A DNA stretch of 64,000 nucleotides from an uncultured Pseudomonadota bacterium (GCA_963736005.1 CAVTNB010000001.1:1824001-1888000); one strand, 5' to 3'. Positions 19,688-29,936 are shown, counted from the first letter of the stretch. The notes: generated by a model from the sequence alone, not told the origin. Numbers and translations: made by a program.

Positions 19688-20476
19688 TTACGTGGCCGCC
19701 GCTTTCAAGGCGTCTTTCGCTAGAATGCCCCGCAGCCAGGCGACCGCTCTCGCGACAGCGGGACGTTCGGCTTCCGCGCCATTGTATTCTAATGTAAGGA
19801 AGCCTCGATAGCGATGCTGCCACAAGAGCGTGAGCGCGGCGATATAATCGATGGACTCGTCGGCGCCGAAAGTATCAAGCGAGCCCAAGGGGGCCACGAC
19901 AATTGTGGCACTTTCGAGTGCCTCCACCCACGCATCGCGATTCGGTGATGCCAAAACGGAGGCATCGGCCGCCAGGCGCAGCCACGCAGAATCGCTCTCC
20001 TTCATAATGCGCTTGGCTTCCGACGAGGAGGAGACAAGGGACTGGGCTCGCGGTTCGAGGGCGAAGGTAACGTTGCGCTGCTTCGCGCGCACGCACGCCG
20101 TCTTCAATCCGCGGATCGCTTCTCGCCACTCGACGGCTTGCGGCCCAAGTGACGCGGCTAAGGAAAATCGAACGAGCGGCGCGCCGAGCCATGCGGCTAT
20201 CTCGAGCGATCGTTCCAGGCCGACGACATGGTCATCGATGGTCGCAGCCTCAATGGCGATGTCATGCTGCAATGCGGCTACGGTCAAGCAGCGATCCGTG
20301 CAGAGTTTTTTCAACTGGGCGACGTATTCTGAGTCAAGACGGGGAAAATGCGCCAACGCAAACTCAACGCCGTCGAGCCCGAGCTCGTTCGCGCACAGAT
20401 CGACCCATTCGAGTTGGGTAAGGTCGCCTGCCGACAGCATTCGAGCGTACGAATGCGAGTTGCAGCAGATCTTCAT
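19688..20476 (-). CDS. Sugar phosphate isomerase/epimerase family TIM-barrel protein
   Basis: GLDGVE, LGAPLVR, FALE, YRGFLTLEY. Confidence 0.8.
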   Translation of the reverse strand: MKICCNSHSYARMLSAGDLTQLEWVDLCANELGLDGVEFALAHFPRLDSEYVAQLKKLCTDRCLTVAALQHDIAIEAATIDDHVVGLERSLEIAAWLGAPLVRFSLAASLGPQAVEWREAIRGLKTACVRAKQRNVTFALEPRAQSLVSSSSEAKRIMKESDSAWLRLAADASVLASPNRDAWVEALESATIVVAPLGSLDTFGADESIDYIAALTLLWQHRYRGFLTLEYNGAEAERPAVARAVAWLRGILAKDALKAAAT

Positions 20477-20586
20477 GCACGTGTGCCGAAATGGCGAATG
20501 CGCGTCGCTCTCAACGAGCCGCAGTTCTGCGAGGCGAGGCGCAACCCTGCGGAGCGACCGCTGCTCCATTTCTGTAAAGGCGCTTC

Positions 20587-21543
20587 ATGAGTTTTGTGCT
20601 TTGTGTCGGCGAGGCGTTGATCGATTTTGTTGGCCAATCCCACGTGCGGGATATTGGCGCGAGCGAGAGCTTCCACCGGGCAGCTGGTGGAGCAGTCGCA
20701 AACGTCGCTGTTGGGATTGCGCGGTTGGGGGGAGAGGCGCACTTCGCCGGCGCGCTGAGTCGCGATGCCTTCGGCCGCTATCTATTGCGAACACTCGCTT
20801 GGGAGAACGTCAACGTTGACGGCGTGCGCACCGTTGATGCACCGACGACGCTGGCGTTTGTCGCTCGCGGTGAAGACGGCGAGCGGGATTTCCTCTTCGT
20901 GCGCAACCCGGGGGCGGACAGCCTGCTCGAAGCCGCGGACATCGATATGCACAAACTTGCGCGCGCGCGCATCGTGCATTTTGGCGGCGTGTTGCTGTCA
21001 AGGGAGCCCGCGCGCTCGGCGTGCTTCGCCGCCGCGGCAAGCGCGCGTCGCGCGGGTGTGTTGGTCAGCTTCGATCCAAACGTGCGTGTGGCGCTGTGGC
21101 AATCACGCGAAGAGATGAAACGCATCACCTTGGTCGGTTGCGCGAACGCGACGCTCGTCAAACTTTCCGAAGACGATTTCGTCGAACTCGAAATTGCCCC
21201 ATCCAATGTGGGCGCACTGTTCAACGAATCGACTCGAGTCGTGATCGTCACACGCGGCGCGCGCGGCGCATCGTTTTTCACAAGCGCAGGTGACCAGGGA
21301 GATGCGTCGGCACTGCCGATCGAACCGGTCGATACGACAGGTGCGGGTGACGCGGCGATGTCGGCCATTTTATGGAGAGTAGCGCATCGGCACTGCGAAT
21401 TGTCGCGCGACGTTCTCGCAGAAGCGATCAGATATGCCAACGCCGCCGGTGGTCTGGCTAGCATGCGCGAAGGAGCCATTCCATCGTTGCCCACTGCGGA
21501 ACAAGTCGAAGCGGTGCTCCCCAGGTTGCCTCATCTAAGCTAG
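20587..21543 (+). CDS. PfkB family carbohydrate kinase (fructokinase-like)
   Basis: GEALID, GGAVANVAVG, FDPNVR, DTTGAGDA. Confidence 0.92.
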   Translation: MSFVLCVGEALIDFVGQSHVRDIGASESFHRAAGGAVANVAVGIARLGGEAHFAGALSRDAFGRYLLRTLAWENVNVDGVRTVDAPTTLAFVARGEDGERDFLFVRNPGADSLLEAADIDMHKLARARIVHFGGVLLSREPARSACFAAAASARRAGVLVSFDPNVRVALWQSREEMKRITLVGCANATLVKLSEDDFVELEIAPSNVGALFNESTRVVIVTRGARGASFFTSAGDQGDASALPIEPVDTTGAGDAAMSAILWRVAHRHCELSRDVLAEAIRYANAAGGLASMREGAIPSLPTAEQVEAVLPRLPHLS

Positions 21544-21557
21544 GGAAGGGTGCAAGC

Positions 21558-22058
21558 GTGACCGCTCCGTCGCTGCTGGTCTTCATCTGCTCCCATAACG
21601 CTGTCCGAAGTGCGATTGCCGAAGCGATCGCGGCGGACGAGGCTGGCCGCCGCGGTCTTCCACTCGAAGTTGCAAGCGCTGGGACCCATGCGCTGCCCGG
21701 CTATGCCGCCGCGTCCATCGCGCAAGCCACGATAAGCGAGATTGGTCTTTCGCTCGAACATCATCGCTCGAAGCCGGCTGATGCGGATCTTGTCACGCGG
21801 GCAACGCTCGTCGTGACGATGACCGACGCGCAGCGCGAAATGCTGCATACCGCGTTCCCCAAAGAAAAGGCCAAGGTGGTGAGCTTCGACGATTTGACGC
21901 ACCAGGGGGATGTGCCCGATCCAGTCGGGGGCGACGCGCAAGAGGTGCGCGCGGTCAGGGACGTGCTGCAATCCTGGATGCCGACCATCTTCGCTGCGCT
22001 CGCACAGCGCGTTAATGCCGGGCGTGAAGGTGAACCCAAAGGCGGCGAATTGTCCTGA
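21558..22058 (+). CDS. Low-molecular-weight protein phosphatase (YwlE position)
   Basis: P-loop CSHNAVRS, SAGT, DVPDP. Confidence 0.85.
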   Translation: MTAPSLLVFICSHNAVRSAIAEAIAADEAGRRGLPLEVASAGTHALPGYAAASIAQATISEIGLSLEHHRSKPADADLVTRATLVVTMTDAQREMLHTAFPKEKAKVVSFDDLTHQGDVPDPVGGDAQEVRAVRDVLQSWMPTIFAALAQRVNAGREGEPKGGELS

Positions 22059-22073
22059 GGAGAACGACGCGAC

Positions 22074-22559
22074 ATGGCTAGCAGTACCTTTCGCATCGCG
22101 GTGGGAGCGGACCATGCCGGCTTCGGATACAAAGGCATGGTCGCCGAACATTTGCGCAGCCTTGGACACGAAGTCGTCGATTTTGGAACGTACTCGACCG
22201 ACCCGGTTGACTACCCCCTGATTGGGTTCAAGGTTGGTGAAGCCGTTGCTCATGGCGAGTGCGATCGTGGAGTGCTTGTGTGCGGATCGAGTCTAGGTGT
22301 GGCGATGGCGGCGAACAAAGTGAAGGGTGTCCGCGCGGCGTCGATCGCCGAGCCGTACTCCGCAAAACTGTCTCGCCAACATAACGATTGCAACATTATT
22401 TGCTTTGCCGAGCGTCTCACCGGTTGGGAAATGGTGCGCGAGTGCCTTGAGGTGTGGCTCGTGACCGAGCCGGAGGGTGGGCGTCATCAGCGCCGCGTGC
22501 AAGAAATTGACGACTATCCGGCAATCGCGCCGGCAATGACGCAAGAAGTACGCCCGTGA
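22074..22559 (+). CDS. rpiB: Ribose-5-phosphate isomerase B
   Basis: [34 protein letters not shown]. Confidence 0.95.
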   Translation: MASSTFRIAVGADHAGFGYKGMVAEHLRSLGHEVVDFGTYSTDPVDYPLIGFKVGEAVAHGECDRGVLVCGSSLGVAMAANKVKGVRAASIAEPYSAKLSRQHNDCNIICFAERLTGWEMVRECLEVWLVTEPEGGRHQRRVQEIDDYPAIAPAMTQEVRP

Positions 22560-23809
22560 ACGCTCGCCTGTTGGAGCGATCGACGCTCGCGGATTCCGAT
22601 CCGGAGGTTGCGCGAGCCATCGCGCTCGAGGAAGAGCGCCAACGCCGAAACCTCGAATTGATCGCATCGGAAAATTACGTGAGCGCAGCCGTTCGCGAAG
22701 CCGCCGGCAGCGTCATGACCAACAAATACGCCGAAGGGTATCCCGGCAAACGGTATTACGGCGGCTGCGAATACGTCGACATGGTCGAAACGCTCGCGAT
22801 CGATCGCCTCAAGAAATTGTTTGAAGTCGAGTACGCCAACGTGCAACCACACTCGGGCGCACAGGCGAACATGGCCGTGTACTTCTCCGCCTTGGCGCCC
22901 GGCGACACGATCATGGGCACCGCGCTCGACCACGGCGGGCACCTCACGCACGGCAGCAAGGTGAGCTTTAGCGGGAAGATCTATCACGTCGTCACGTACG
23001 GCGTGAACCAAAAGACCGAACGATTCGACTACGATGAAATCCGAGCCATCGCGCGCCAGCACAAGCCAAAAATGATCGTCGCCGGTTGGAGTGCGTACTC
23101 CCGCATTCCGGACTGGGGCGCGTTCGCCGACATCGCGCACGAAGTTGGTGCCTTGCTCTTCGCGGACATCGCGCACGTTGCGGGCCTCATCGCGGCCGGC
23201 ATTCATCCAAGTCCGGTGGGCCATGCGGACTACATCACGACGACGACGCACAAAACGTTGCGCGGCCCCCGCGGGGGCGCGATCATGACCGACGCCGAGC
23301 GTGGCAAGACGATTGCGAAGACCGTCTTTCCAGGTCTGCAAGGCGGGCCGCTCATGCACGTCATCGCAGCCAAGGCGGTGGCGCTGCACGAAGCATCGCG
23401 ACCCGATTTTGTCGACTATGCCAAGCAAGTCGTCAAAAATGCACAGACGTTGGCGCGAGCGCTCGAGTCCAAAGGACTGCGCATCGTGGCAGGCGGCACC
23501 GACAACCACCTGATGTTGGTTGACGTTTCCGTTCGAGGTCTGACGGGCAAGGGGGTCGAGGAATATTTCGACCAGATTGGGATCACGGTCAACAAGAACA
23601 TGATTCCGTTTGACCGTCATCCGCCGGCAGTTTCGAGCGGTGTGCGCATTGGAACCCCCGCCGTCACCACGCGTGGTCTGCGCGAAGCGGACATGGAACA
23701 AATTGCCGACATCATGGGTGCCGCGATGGACGACATCGGCCGCAACGAGCAGCGCGAAAAGCTGCGGGCGCGCGTCTACGAGCTGACCGGACGCTTTGGC
23801 GTGCCGTAG
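22556..23809 (+). CDS. glyA: Serine hydroxymethyltransferase
   Basis: [33 protein letters not shown]. Confidence 0.98.
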   Translation: MNARLLERSTLADSDPEVARAIALEEERQRRNLELIASENYVSAAVREAAGSVMTNKYAEGYPGKRYYGGCEYVDMVETLAIDRLKKLFEVEYANVQPHSGAQANMAVYFSALAPGDTIMGTALDHGGHLTHGSKVSFSGKIYHVVTYGVNQKTERFDYDEIRAIARQHKPKMIVAGWSAYSRIPDWGAFADIAHEVGALLFADIAHVAGLIAAGIHPSPVGHADYITTTTHKTLRGPRGGAIMTDAERGKTIAKTVFPGLQGGPLMHVIAAKAVALHEASRPDFVDYAKQVVKNAQTLARALESKGLRIVAGGTDNHLMLVDVSVRGLTGKGVEEYFDQIGITVNKNMIPFDRHPPAVSSGVRIGTPAVTTRGLREADMEQIADIMGAAMDDIGRNEQREKLRARVYELTGRFGVP

Positions 23810-23823
23810 GCGAAGGCAAGGAG

Positions 23824-24561
23824 ATGGAAGCTTCCGTGTCGGCGATGTCTGGGCTCACGACGCATCCCCAATACCCGAATCTGGTGATTCTCGATCACCC
23901 GCTTGTTGCCGACAAGTTGGGCCGCGTGCGCGATGCAGCCACGCCCAACAAAGAATTCCGCGAACTCTGCGCTGAGCTTGCGACGCTGCTTGCGTGGCCT
24001 GCGACCGCCGATCTCGAAGTCACCGATACGCAGGTGGCGACGCCGCTGGCCTGGGCCAACGCAAAGAGCATCACGCAAGTACCGCTGCTGGTCCCGATTT
24101 TGCGGGCCGGCCTAGGACTCGTGCCCGGCTTCCACGCGCTCATGCCGCAAGCGACGGTCGCGCATGTTGGGATCTATCGCGACCCAGACACTCTCGAAGC
24201 GGTGCCATATTACGTGAATCTGCCCGAGCAGTTGTCGGGCTGGCGCGCGTTCGTCCTTGACCCGATGCTCGCGACGGGGGCATCGGCCATTGCCAGCATC
24301 ACGCTCTTGCTGGAGCGCGGTGCGGACATCTCGGACTTGCGTTACATCTCGCTGATCGCTGCACCGGAAGGTCTGCGCGCGCTCTTCGGCGAGCATCCGA
24401 AACTGCGAGCATACACGTGCGCAGTGGATCGACATCTCAACGACCATGGCTATATTGTCCCAGGCCTCGGCGACGCGGGCGATCGTCTCTATGGGGCCGG
24501 GGCTGGACGAGTGCCCGAAACGGCGGTGCGCGCCATTCGCCGCAGGGAGCGCAAGCGGTGA
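23824..24561 (+). CDS. upp: Uracil phosphoribosyltransferase
   Basis: PILRAG, DPMLATGAS, YIVPGLGDAGDR. Confidence 0.97.
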   Translation: MEASVSAMSGLTTHPQYPNLVILDHPLVADKLGRVRDAATPNKEFRELCAELATLLAWPATADLEVTDTQVATPLAWANAKSITQVPLLVPILRAGLGLVPGFHALMPQATVAHVGIYRDPDTLEAVPYYVNLPEQLSGWRAFVLDPMLATGASAIASITLLLERGADISDLRYISLIAAPEGLRALFGEHPKLRAYTCAVDRHLNDHGYIVPGLGDAGDRLYGAGAGRVPETAVRAIRRRERKR

Positions 24562-25025
24562 GCGACGCAGCATCCACGCTCGAGGCCAAAGGGTACGACC
24601 GCCCATCCTGGGATGCGTACTTCAGCGCGATCACGCGCGCCGTTGCCACGCGGGCTACATGTTCGCGCAAGGCAGTGGGCGCTGTTCTCGTCAAGAACAA
24701 ACTCATTTTAGCCACAGGTTACAATGGCGCCCCGGCGGGTTTGCGTCACTGCGACCATCGCGATGGGAAAGACCTGCTGGGCGGACACTGCGCCCGCTCG
24801 ACCCATGCCGAACAGAACGCCATCGTGCAAGCCGCGCGCCATGGCATCTCAATCGACGGCGCAACGCTGTATTGTACCAATAACCCGTGTCTAGGCTGCA
24901 CGAAGTTGCTCATCAACGCGGGCATCAGGCGCATCGTCTACCAAGAACCGTATCCGGATCCACTGGCTTTCGAGCTGCTGAACGAAGCAGGTGTTACGGT
25001 CGAGCAGTCTGGCGCCGTGGGCTAG
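24558..25025 (+). CDS. dCMP deaminase family protein (ComEB-like)
   Basis: RPSWDAYF, TGYNG, HAEQNA, PCLGC. Confidence 0.92.
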   Translation: MSDAASTLEAKGYDRPSWDAYFSAITRAVATRATCSRKAVGAVLVKNKLILATGYNGAPAGLRHCDHRDGKDLLGGHCARSTHAEQNAIVQAARHGISIDGATLYCTNNPCLGCTKLLINAGIRRIVYQEPYPDPLAFELLNEAGVTVEQSGAVG

Positions 25026-25032
25026 GCGCCGC

Positions 25033-26058
25033 GTGTATCAGCAACTTTTCAACATCAACATCTACTGGCTGTGTGCGATGACGTTTGTCCTCGCGGCAGC
25101 CAGTTGCGCAATCGTCACGCCGCTCGTCCGGCGCATGGCCTTTGCTGTCGGCGTTTTTGACGAACCGGATGAAGACCGGCGCGTGCACACGCAACCAACG
25201 CCTCGTTTGGGAGGCGTCGCCATCTTCATTGGGTTCATGCTGGCGCTCTTCGCTATGCTTAACGTCGCGCTGAACAATAACTTTGTTATCCATCACTATC
25301 TAGGAACACGCGACTTGGCCGAAGTCATCGGATTGCTCTTTGGCGCCACGCTCATGTTGGGCATTGGGTTGTGGGATGATATCATGCGCATGAGGCCACA
25401 GGCAAAGTTACTGGCCCAGTTTTTGGTCGCCATCGTCATGATCGTTCTCTATAAGTTCACTATTTTGGGGTTTTCGCTGCCGCACTTTGGTTACATAGCC
25501 CTGGGCGCGTTCGCCATTCCGTTTTCTCTGTTTTGGTATCTGGGGATGGTGAATGCCATCAATTTCATGGATGGCCTCGACGGCCTCGTGACCGGGGTGA
25601 CCCTCATTGCGTCCATCACCATGGTCATCGTCTCGTGGTGGCACCACGAATATCTTGTGGCCATCACGATGTGTGCTCTGGGTGGTGCAGCCGCCGGCTT
25701 TTTGCCGTTCAACTACAATCCAGCACGCATCTTTATGGGCGATGGCGGATCGCTTTTTATCGGCTTCGTTCTTGCGAGCGCAGCGGTGATGGGAACCGAG
25801 AAGGTGGCCGTTGGTATTTCGCTGCTCGTTCCACTGCTCGTGCTCGCGCTGCCCATTTTGGACACCGCGCGTGTGATCGTGCAGCGGCTCGGTAAGCGCG
25901 CACCGCTCTTTGATGCCGATCGCACGCACATGCATCACCGGCTCCTCGACGTTGGCCTCTCGCAACGACAGGTCGTCAACCTCATTTATTTGGTGTGCTT
26001 CATTCTCGGCGCCATCGCCATCGTGCTCTCGCGCCCCGGAGGCCCGCACGTGCTTTGA
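25033..26058 (+). CDS. MraY-family undecaprenyl-phosphate GlcNAc-1-phosphate transferase (WecA/TagO)
   Basis: PRLGG, GLWDD, NFMDGLDGL, FMGDGGS, HMHHRL. Confidence 0.93.
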   Translation: MYQQLFNINIYWLCAMTFVLAAASCAIVTPLVRRMAFAVGVFDEPDEDRRVHTQPTPRLGGVAIFIGFMLALFAMLNVALNNNFVIHHYLGTRDLAEVIGLLFGATLMLGIGLWDDIMRMRPQAKLLAQFLVAIVMIVLYKFTILGFSLPHFGYIALGAFAIPFSLFWYLGMVNAINFMDGLDGLVTGVTLIASITMVIVSWWHHEYLVAITMCALGGAAAGFLPFNYNPARIFMGDGGSLFIGFVLASAAVMGTEKVAVGISLLVPLLVLALPILDTARVIVQRLGKRAPLFDADRTHMHHRLLDVGLSQRQVVNLIYLVCFILGAIAIVLSRPGGPHVL

Positions 26059-27194
26059 TAGCCCCGCTGCGGGTGGGCGTTGTCTTCGGTACCCGTCCTG
26101 ATGCAGTGAAAATGGCGCCGGTGATTGCGGCGCTCTCGCACGATGCTCGGTTCCACTGCATCACGATCGCAACCGCACAACACCGCGAAATGCTCGATGA
26201 GGTGCTGAGTCTTTTTGCGATCAAAGCCGAGTACGACCTAGCCGTCATGACCGAGGGCCAATCACTGACGGATGTCACGACGCGGGTGCTCGAGCGGGTG
26301 GGCACCGTGCTGCAAGACGTCCGGCCGGATGTGGTTTTGGTCCACGGCGATACAACCACGTCGACCGCTGCTGCGTTGGCCGCATACTACCAACAGATTC
26401 CGGTGGGCCACGTCGAGGCGGGTCTCCGCACGAATACGATCTACGAACCATTTCCCGAAGAAATCAATCGGCGGCTGACCGGCGTGCTCGCAACGTACCA
26501 CTTTGCGCCCACGCCGCTTGCCAAGCAGAACCTCTTACGCGAAGGCAAGGACCCCGCGACCATTGTGGTCACCGGCAATACCGTGATCGATGCGTTTGGG
26601 CAAATCCATGCAGGCGTCACCGCTGACGACGCGGTGCGTGTCAGCACGCCGAGAATGATTTTTGCAGAAGCGCACCGGCGAGAGAATCTTGGGGCGCCGA
26701 TGGAAGCAATCTGCAGAGCTCTGCGGACTGTCCTCGCCACTCGACCAGATGTCTCGCTCGTATGGCCCGTGCATCCCAATCCGCCCATTGTGGAAGTCGT
26801 GCGGCGCATCTTGGATGGTGAACCTCGCGTGCACTTGATTCAACCGTTGAGTTACCGGCGTCTGGTTGCGACCATAGCGCACGCAACGATTGTCGCGACC
26901 GACTCAGGCGGTCTTCAGGAAGAGGCCCCGACGCTGGGCAAGCCCGTGCTCGTGTTGCGCAGAGTCACAGAACGGCCGGAAGGATTGCAAACGGGGACGC
27001 TGCGCCTCGCAGGCGTCGAGGAGCACGAGATCGTCAAACACGTTTCGGAGCTGCTCGATGATAAGACGGCATATCAAAAGATGGCGAGGGCCGCGAACCC
27101 GTACGGTGATGGCCACGCTGCCAAACGCATCGCGGATGCACTGTGGGCACTCATGCGCAACGGCACGCTGCCAGATGAATTCCACCCAATGTAG
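26055..27194 (+). CDS. wecB: UDP-N-acetylglucosamine 2-epimerase (non-hydrolysing)
   Basis: FGTRP, QHREML, HGDT, HVEAGLR, HRREN, DSGGLQEEAP, NPYGDG. Confidence 0.95.
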   Translation: MIAPLRVGVVFGTRPDAVKMAPVIAALSHDARFHCITIATAQHREMLDEVLSLFAIKAEYDLAVMTEGQSLTDVTTRVLERVGTVLQDVRPDVVLVHGDTTTSTAAALAAYYQQIPVGHVEAGLRTNTIYEPFPEEINRRLTGVLATYHFAPTPLAKQNLLREGKDPATIVVTGNTVIDAFGQIHAGVTADDAVRVSTPRMIFAEAHRRENLGAPMEAICRALRTVLATRPDVSLVWPVHPNPPIVEVVRRILDGEPRVHLIQPLSYRRLVATIAHATIVATDSGGLQEEAPTLGKPVLVLRRVTERPEGLQTGTLRLAGVEEHEIVKHVSELLDDKTAYQKMARAANPYGDGHAAKRIADALWALMRNGTLPDEFHPM

Positions 27195-27250
27195 TGTCGC
27201 GAATTTATTCGCGACGAGGACCAATGTAGTGTCGCGAATTTATTCGCGAC
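27186..27250 (+). repeat. Tandem pair of REP-like palindromes (family A)
   Basis: Two exact 30-bp copies of CCAATGTAGTGTCGCGAATTTATTCGCGAC, period 35 bp. Confidence 0.85.
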
Positions 27251-27309
27251 CAGAGGAGTAATGAGGCAGACAACCTCCGCCCTCGCTCGGCCAACTCGGT
27301 GGCGTCGGC

Positions 27310-27462
27310 ATGACGGTGATCGGCACGATCATCGTTGGGTTCGCGTTCGGCTGGCTGGGCTCGAAATTCTTGCATTGGGACTGGGCCATCCCAGTTGGGA
27401 TCGTGCTTGGCTTTGTCGCGGGCATGGTCTCGATGTTTCGCCAACTCTCGAGACGAATGTAG
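27310..27462 (+). CDS. AtpZ/AtpI-family small membrane protein (5' end may extend to ~27261 via an indel)
   Basis: Manual translation MTVIGTIIVGFAFGWLGSKFLHWDWAIPVGIVLGFVAGMVSMFRQLSRRM; two TM helices; head of the atp operon. Confidence 0.75.
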   Translation: MTVIGTIIVGFAFGWLGSKFLHWDWAIPVGIVLGFVAGMVSMFRQLSRRM

Positions 27463-27476
27463 CCGCTGACAGAGTG

Positions 27477-27503
27477 AGCGGACTCAGGAGGTCCGCTGCT
27501 ACA
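27477..27503 (-). repeat. REP-like palindrome (family B)
   Basis: Reverse complement reads GTAGCAGCGGAC-CTCCTGA-GTCCGCT. Confidence 0.75.
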
Positions 27504-27556
27504 TAAACGTCATATTCGCAGGTCCGTTTTCCGAGCCACTCGAAGGCACTAACTCG

Positions 27557-27952
27557 ATGGAAAACGTCCGCTCGTTTCAAGCGGCCGTTGCCTTGCGCAG
27601 CCTGGTGCTGTCGGCAATTGCGGCCACGAGCCTTGCGACATTTGGCCACCGAAGCGTTCCCGCACTGGCGCTTTTCGCCGGAACGCTCATCGGGCTTGCG
27701 TATCTTTTCCACATCGCTACGGCGTTTAACCGGCTGACGAAAGGTGGTAAGGGCTACTTGCCGCTCTTGGCGATCGAATCGTTGTTGCGTGTGCTTATCG
27801 CCGGAGCTGCGCCTTTTGTCATCATCGGGCGCGGGCCAGCTATCGCTTACTTTTTGTATCTTGCCGGATTTGTCGCACCGCTAGCAGTGGCCATTCTGAC
27901 CATTGCGCAACAAATCAAAACCGACTCTGTCAAACAGAGCGTAGCAACGTAA
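27557..27952 (+). CDS. ATP synthase protein I-like membrane protein
   Basis: Four hydrophobic segments, immediately upstream of atpB. Confidence 0.7.
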   Translation: MENVRSFQAAVALRSLVLSAIAATSLATFGHRSVPALALFAGTLIGLAYLFHIATAFNRLTKGGKGYLPLLAIESLLRVLIAGAAPFVIIGRGPAIAYFLYLAGFVAPLAVAILTIAQQIKTDSVKQSVAT

Positions 27953-27966
27953 GATCGGCGAGCACG

Positions 27967-28698
27967 ATGCAAGAAACGCCTGGAATTCATCCGCTATGGC
28001 ATATTCCATTTATGTCGGGGCCGTTCAGCACGGTTCACGTGGATACCGTCGTCATTACGTGGTTGGCGATGGTGCTCGCTCTCGCCGTCGTCGGTCTGCT
28101 CGCCGCGACGCATCCGGTGACCGTCATCTCAAAACGGTACAGTGTCATGGAGCTTGGCGTAAGCTATCTGACCGAGCTCACAACGAGCATCCTCGGCAAA
28201 AATGGTGCGCCCTTCGTACCGTACATCATCTCGCTCTTTATCTTCATTCTGCTGCTCAACGAGATAGGACTGATTCCACTGATCGGCAGATCGCCAACGG
28301 CCGACATCAACACAACCGCAGCGCTCGCAATCACCACGATCCTGCTCATCCAGATCGTTGGAATTCGCAATCACGGGCTCGGTTATTACAAGCATCTCTT
28401 CGTCCAACCGTGGATCTTGGGCATCTTCATGCTGCCAATTAACATTATCGATGAAATCGCACGCCCCATCACCTTGGCAATGCGGCTCTTCGGCAATATC
28501 TTTGCGGGCGAGATACTGCTCTTGGTGGTGGCCGGCGTCATCAACGCCCATCTCGGTGCCATTTCGGCTATCGCAAATATCGGACCGCTCTTCATCTTTG
28601 CATTCAATATGATCATCGGGGTCATCCAAGCGATGGTCTTTACCTTGTTAACCATCGCGTACTTGATCACGCCTACTCAAACCTCAACGGAACACTAA
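27967..28698 (+). CDS. atpB: ATP synthase Fo subunit a
   Basis: SPTADIN, RPITLAMRLFGNIFAGE, IQA..F..L. Confidence 0.97.
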   Translation: MQETPGIHPLWHIPFMSGPFSTVHVDTVVITWLAMVLALAVVGLLAATHPVTVISKRYSVMELGVSYLTELTTSILGKNGAPFVPYIISLFIFILLLNEIGLIPLIGRSPTADINTTAALAITTILLIQIVGIRNHGLGYYKHLFVQPWILGIFMLPINIIDEIARPITLAMRLFGNIFAGEILLLVVAGVINAHLGAISAIANIGPLFIFAFNMIIGVIQAMVFTLLTIAYLITPTQTSTEH

Positions 28699-28711
28699 AG
28701 GGAGCATCTTC

Positions 28712-28996
28712 GTGGAAAACGCAATTCTTGCAGCCGCAGTCATCCTGGGATTCGCGCTCATTGTCGGTTTTGCGGGCTTCGGTTCGGCAATCGGCGACGG
28801 TATTATTGGTAGCAAGGCGGTTGAGTCAATCGCCCGTCAGCCTGAAGCCAGGCCGAATATTTTCTTTTTCTATCTCTTGGGCGTCGGTATTTTGGAAGCG
28901 TTCCCGATCATCGGCATCGCGCTGGCCTTCTATCTCGTTCTGGGGTTTGGCGGTCTCGGAGTGATGCAGGCGCTCAAACCCCTCTTGGGTCACTAG
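28712..28996 (+). CDS. atpE: ATP synthase Fo subunit c (H+ type)
   Basis: ARQPE loop; proton-carrying Glu in LEA. Confidence 0.96.
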   Translation: MENAILAAAVILGFALIVGFAGFGSAIGDGIIGSKAVESIARQPEARPNIFFFYLLGVGILEAFPIIGIALAFYLVLGFGGLGVMQALKPLLGH

Positions 28997-29000
28997 ACGC

Positions 29001-29435
29001 ATGCTGCTTTCGCTCGACGGCACGTTCCTCGTCCAGATTCTGAACTTCATCATTTTCTGGATCTTGTTGAACTATCTGTTCATCGCACCAACGCGTCGAG
29101 CAATCAACGAGCGGCAGCGTTATGTGTCCAATCTCTATCGAGAAGGAGACGAACTTGCGGCGCAGACGGCCGCGTTCCAAAAGGAAGCAAACGCAATCTT
29201 GAATGCGGCTCGCCGTCGTACCGAGGAAGCGATGCGCGCCGCGGCAGCCCGCGCTTCGGACGAAACGCATTCGATTGAGCGCAAAGCGGCTGAAGAAGCG
29301 GCCGCGACCGTTCAGCTCGCCCAAGCAACTGTTGCGAGCGAGCGCGCCGCCGCACTGGAAAAACAACAGGCCTTTGTCAACGAACTCGCGCGCACCATGG
29401 TGGAACGCGCAACCGGCTTCGAGCCCGCGGCGTAG
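29001..29435 (+). CDS. ATP synthase Fo subunit b'
   Basis: DGTFLVQILNF TM segment followed by an Ala/Glu coiled coil. Confidence 0.9.
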   Translation: MLLSLDGTFLVQILNFIIFWILLNYLFIAPTRRAINERQRYVSNLYREGDELAAQTAAFQKEANAILNAARRRTEEAMRAAAARASDETHSIERKAAEEAAATVQLAQATVASERAAALEKQQAFVNELARTMVERATGFEPAA

Positions 29436-29438
29436 GCC

Positions 29439-29936
29439 ATGTTCATCTCGCACTTCAACGACGCCGTTTTCATCGCAAAGCTTATCAACTTTGCGGTTTT
29501 CGTGGCGGCCATCGTCTGGCTTTTCAACAAGTATGGCAAGCCGGCATTGGTCGCCCATCAGGAAGCCCAGAATCGGATCGTCGAAGACGCCAAGAAATAC
29601 CGCGAGCAAAGTGAAGCGGCTGTTGCGCAGGCTCGGGGTGCTATCGATCAAGCAAAGACCGACGGCGAGCGCATGATCGGGGTGGGGGAAGCCCAGGCGA
29701 AAAGACTTATCGAAGTCGAACGCGCTGCGGCCACAGCACACGCCGCGCGCATCCTCGCTCACGCGAGCGGCGAACTCGAACGCGAGCGGTACCGCGTTCG
29801 CCGTGAACTGCTCGAAGAGACTGTCGACCGCGCCCATCGCAAGGCACAAGAGCTCGCGAAGCGCGATATCGACGCAACCAGGCAACAGGCGCTTTTCGAG
29901 CAGGCGATTTCCTATTTGGAGCGCTCGCATGCTTAA
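29439..29936 (+). CDS. atpF: ATP synthase Fo subunit b
   Basis: KLINFAVF TM segment followed by a coiled coil. Confidence 0.9.
   Translation: MFISHFNDAVFIAKLINFAVFVAAIVWLFNKYGKPALVAHQEAQNRIVEDAKKYREQSEAAVAQARGAIDQAKTDGERMIGVGEAQAKRLIEVERAAATAHAARILAHASGELERERYRVRRELLEETVDRAHRKAQELAKRDIDATRQQALFEQAISYLERSHA

Noticed and set aside
22514..23701. 395-aa minus-strand ORF
   Set aside because: Antisense to glyA.
27186..27250. Possible CRISPR mini-array
   Set aside because: Only two copies with a 5-bp spacer, no cas genes, and the motif recurs singly elsewhere like a REP.
27261..27506. 81-aa ORF from the track
   Set aside because: The sensible membrane protein is in another frame (27310-27462).
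28712..28996. Na+-type ATP synthase
   Set aside because: Subunit c lacks the Q...ES/T sodium-binding signature.
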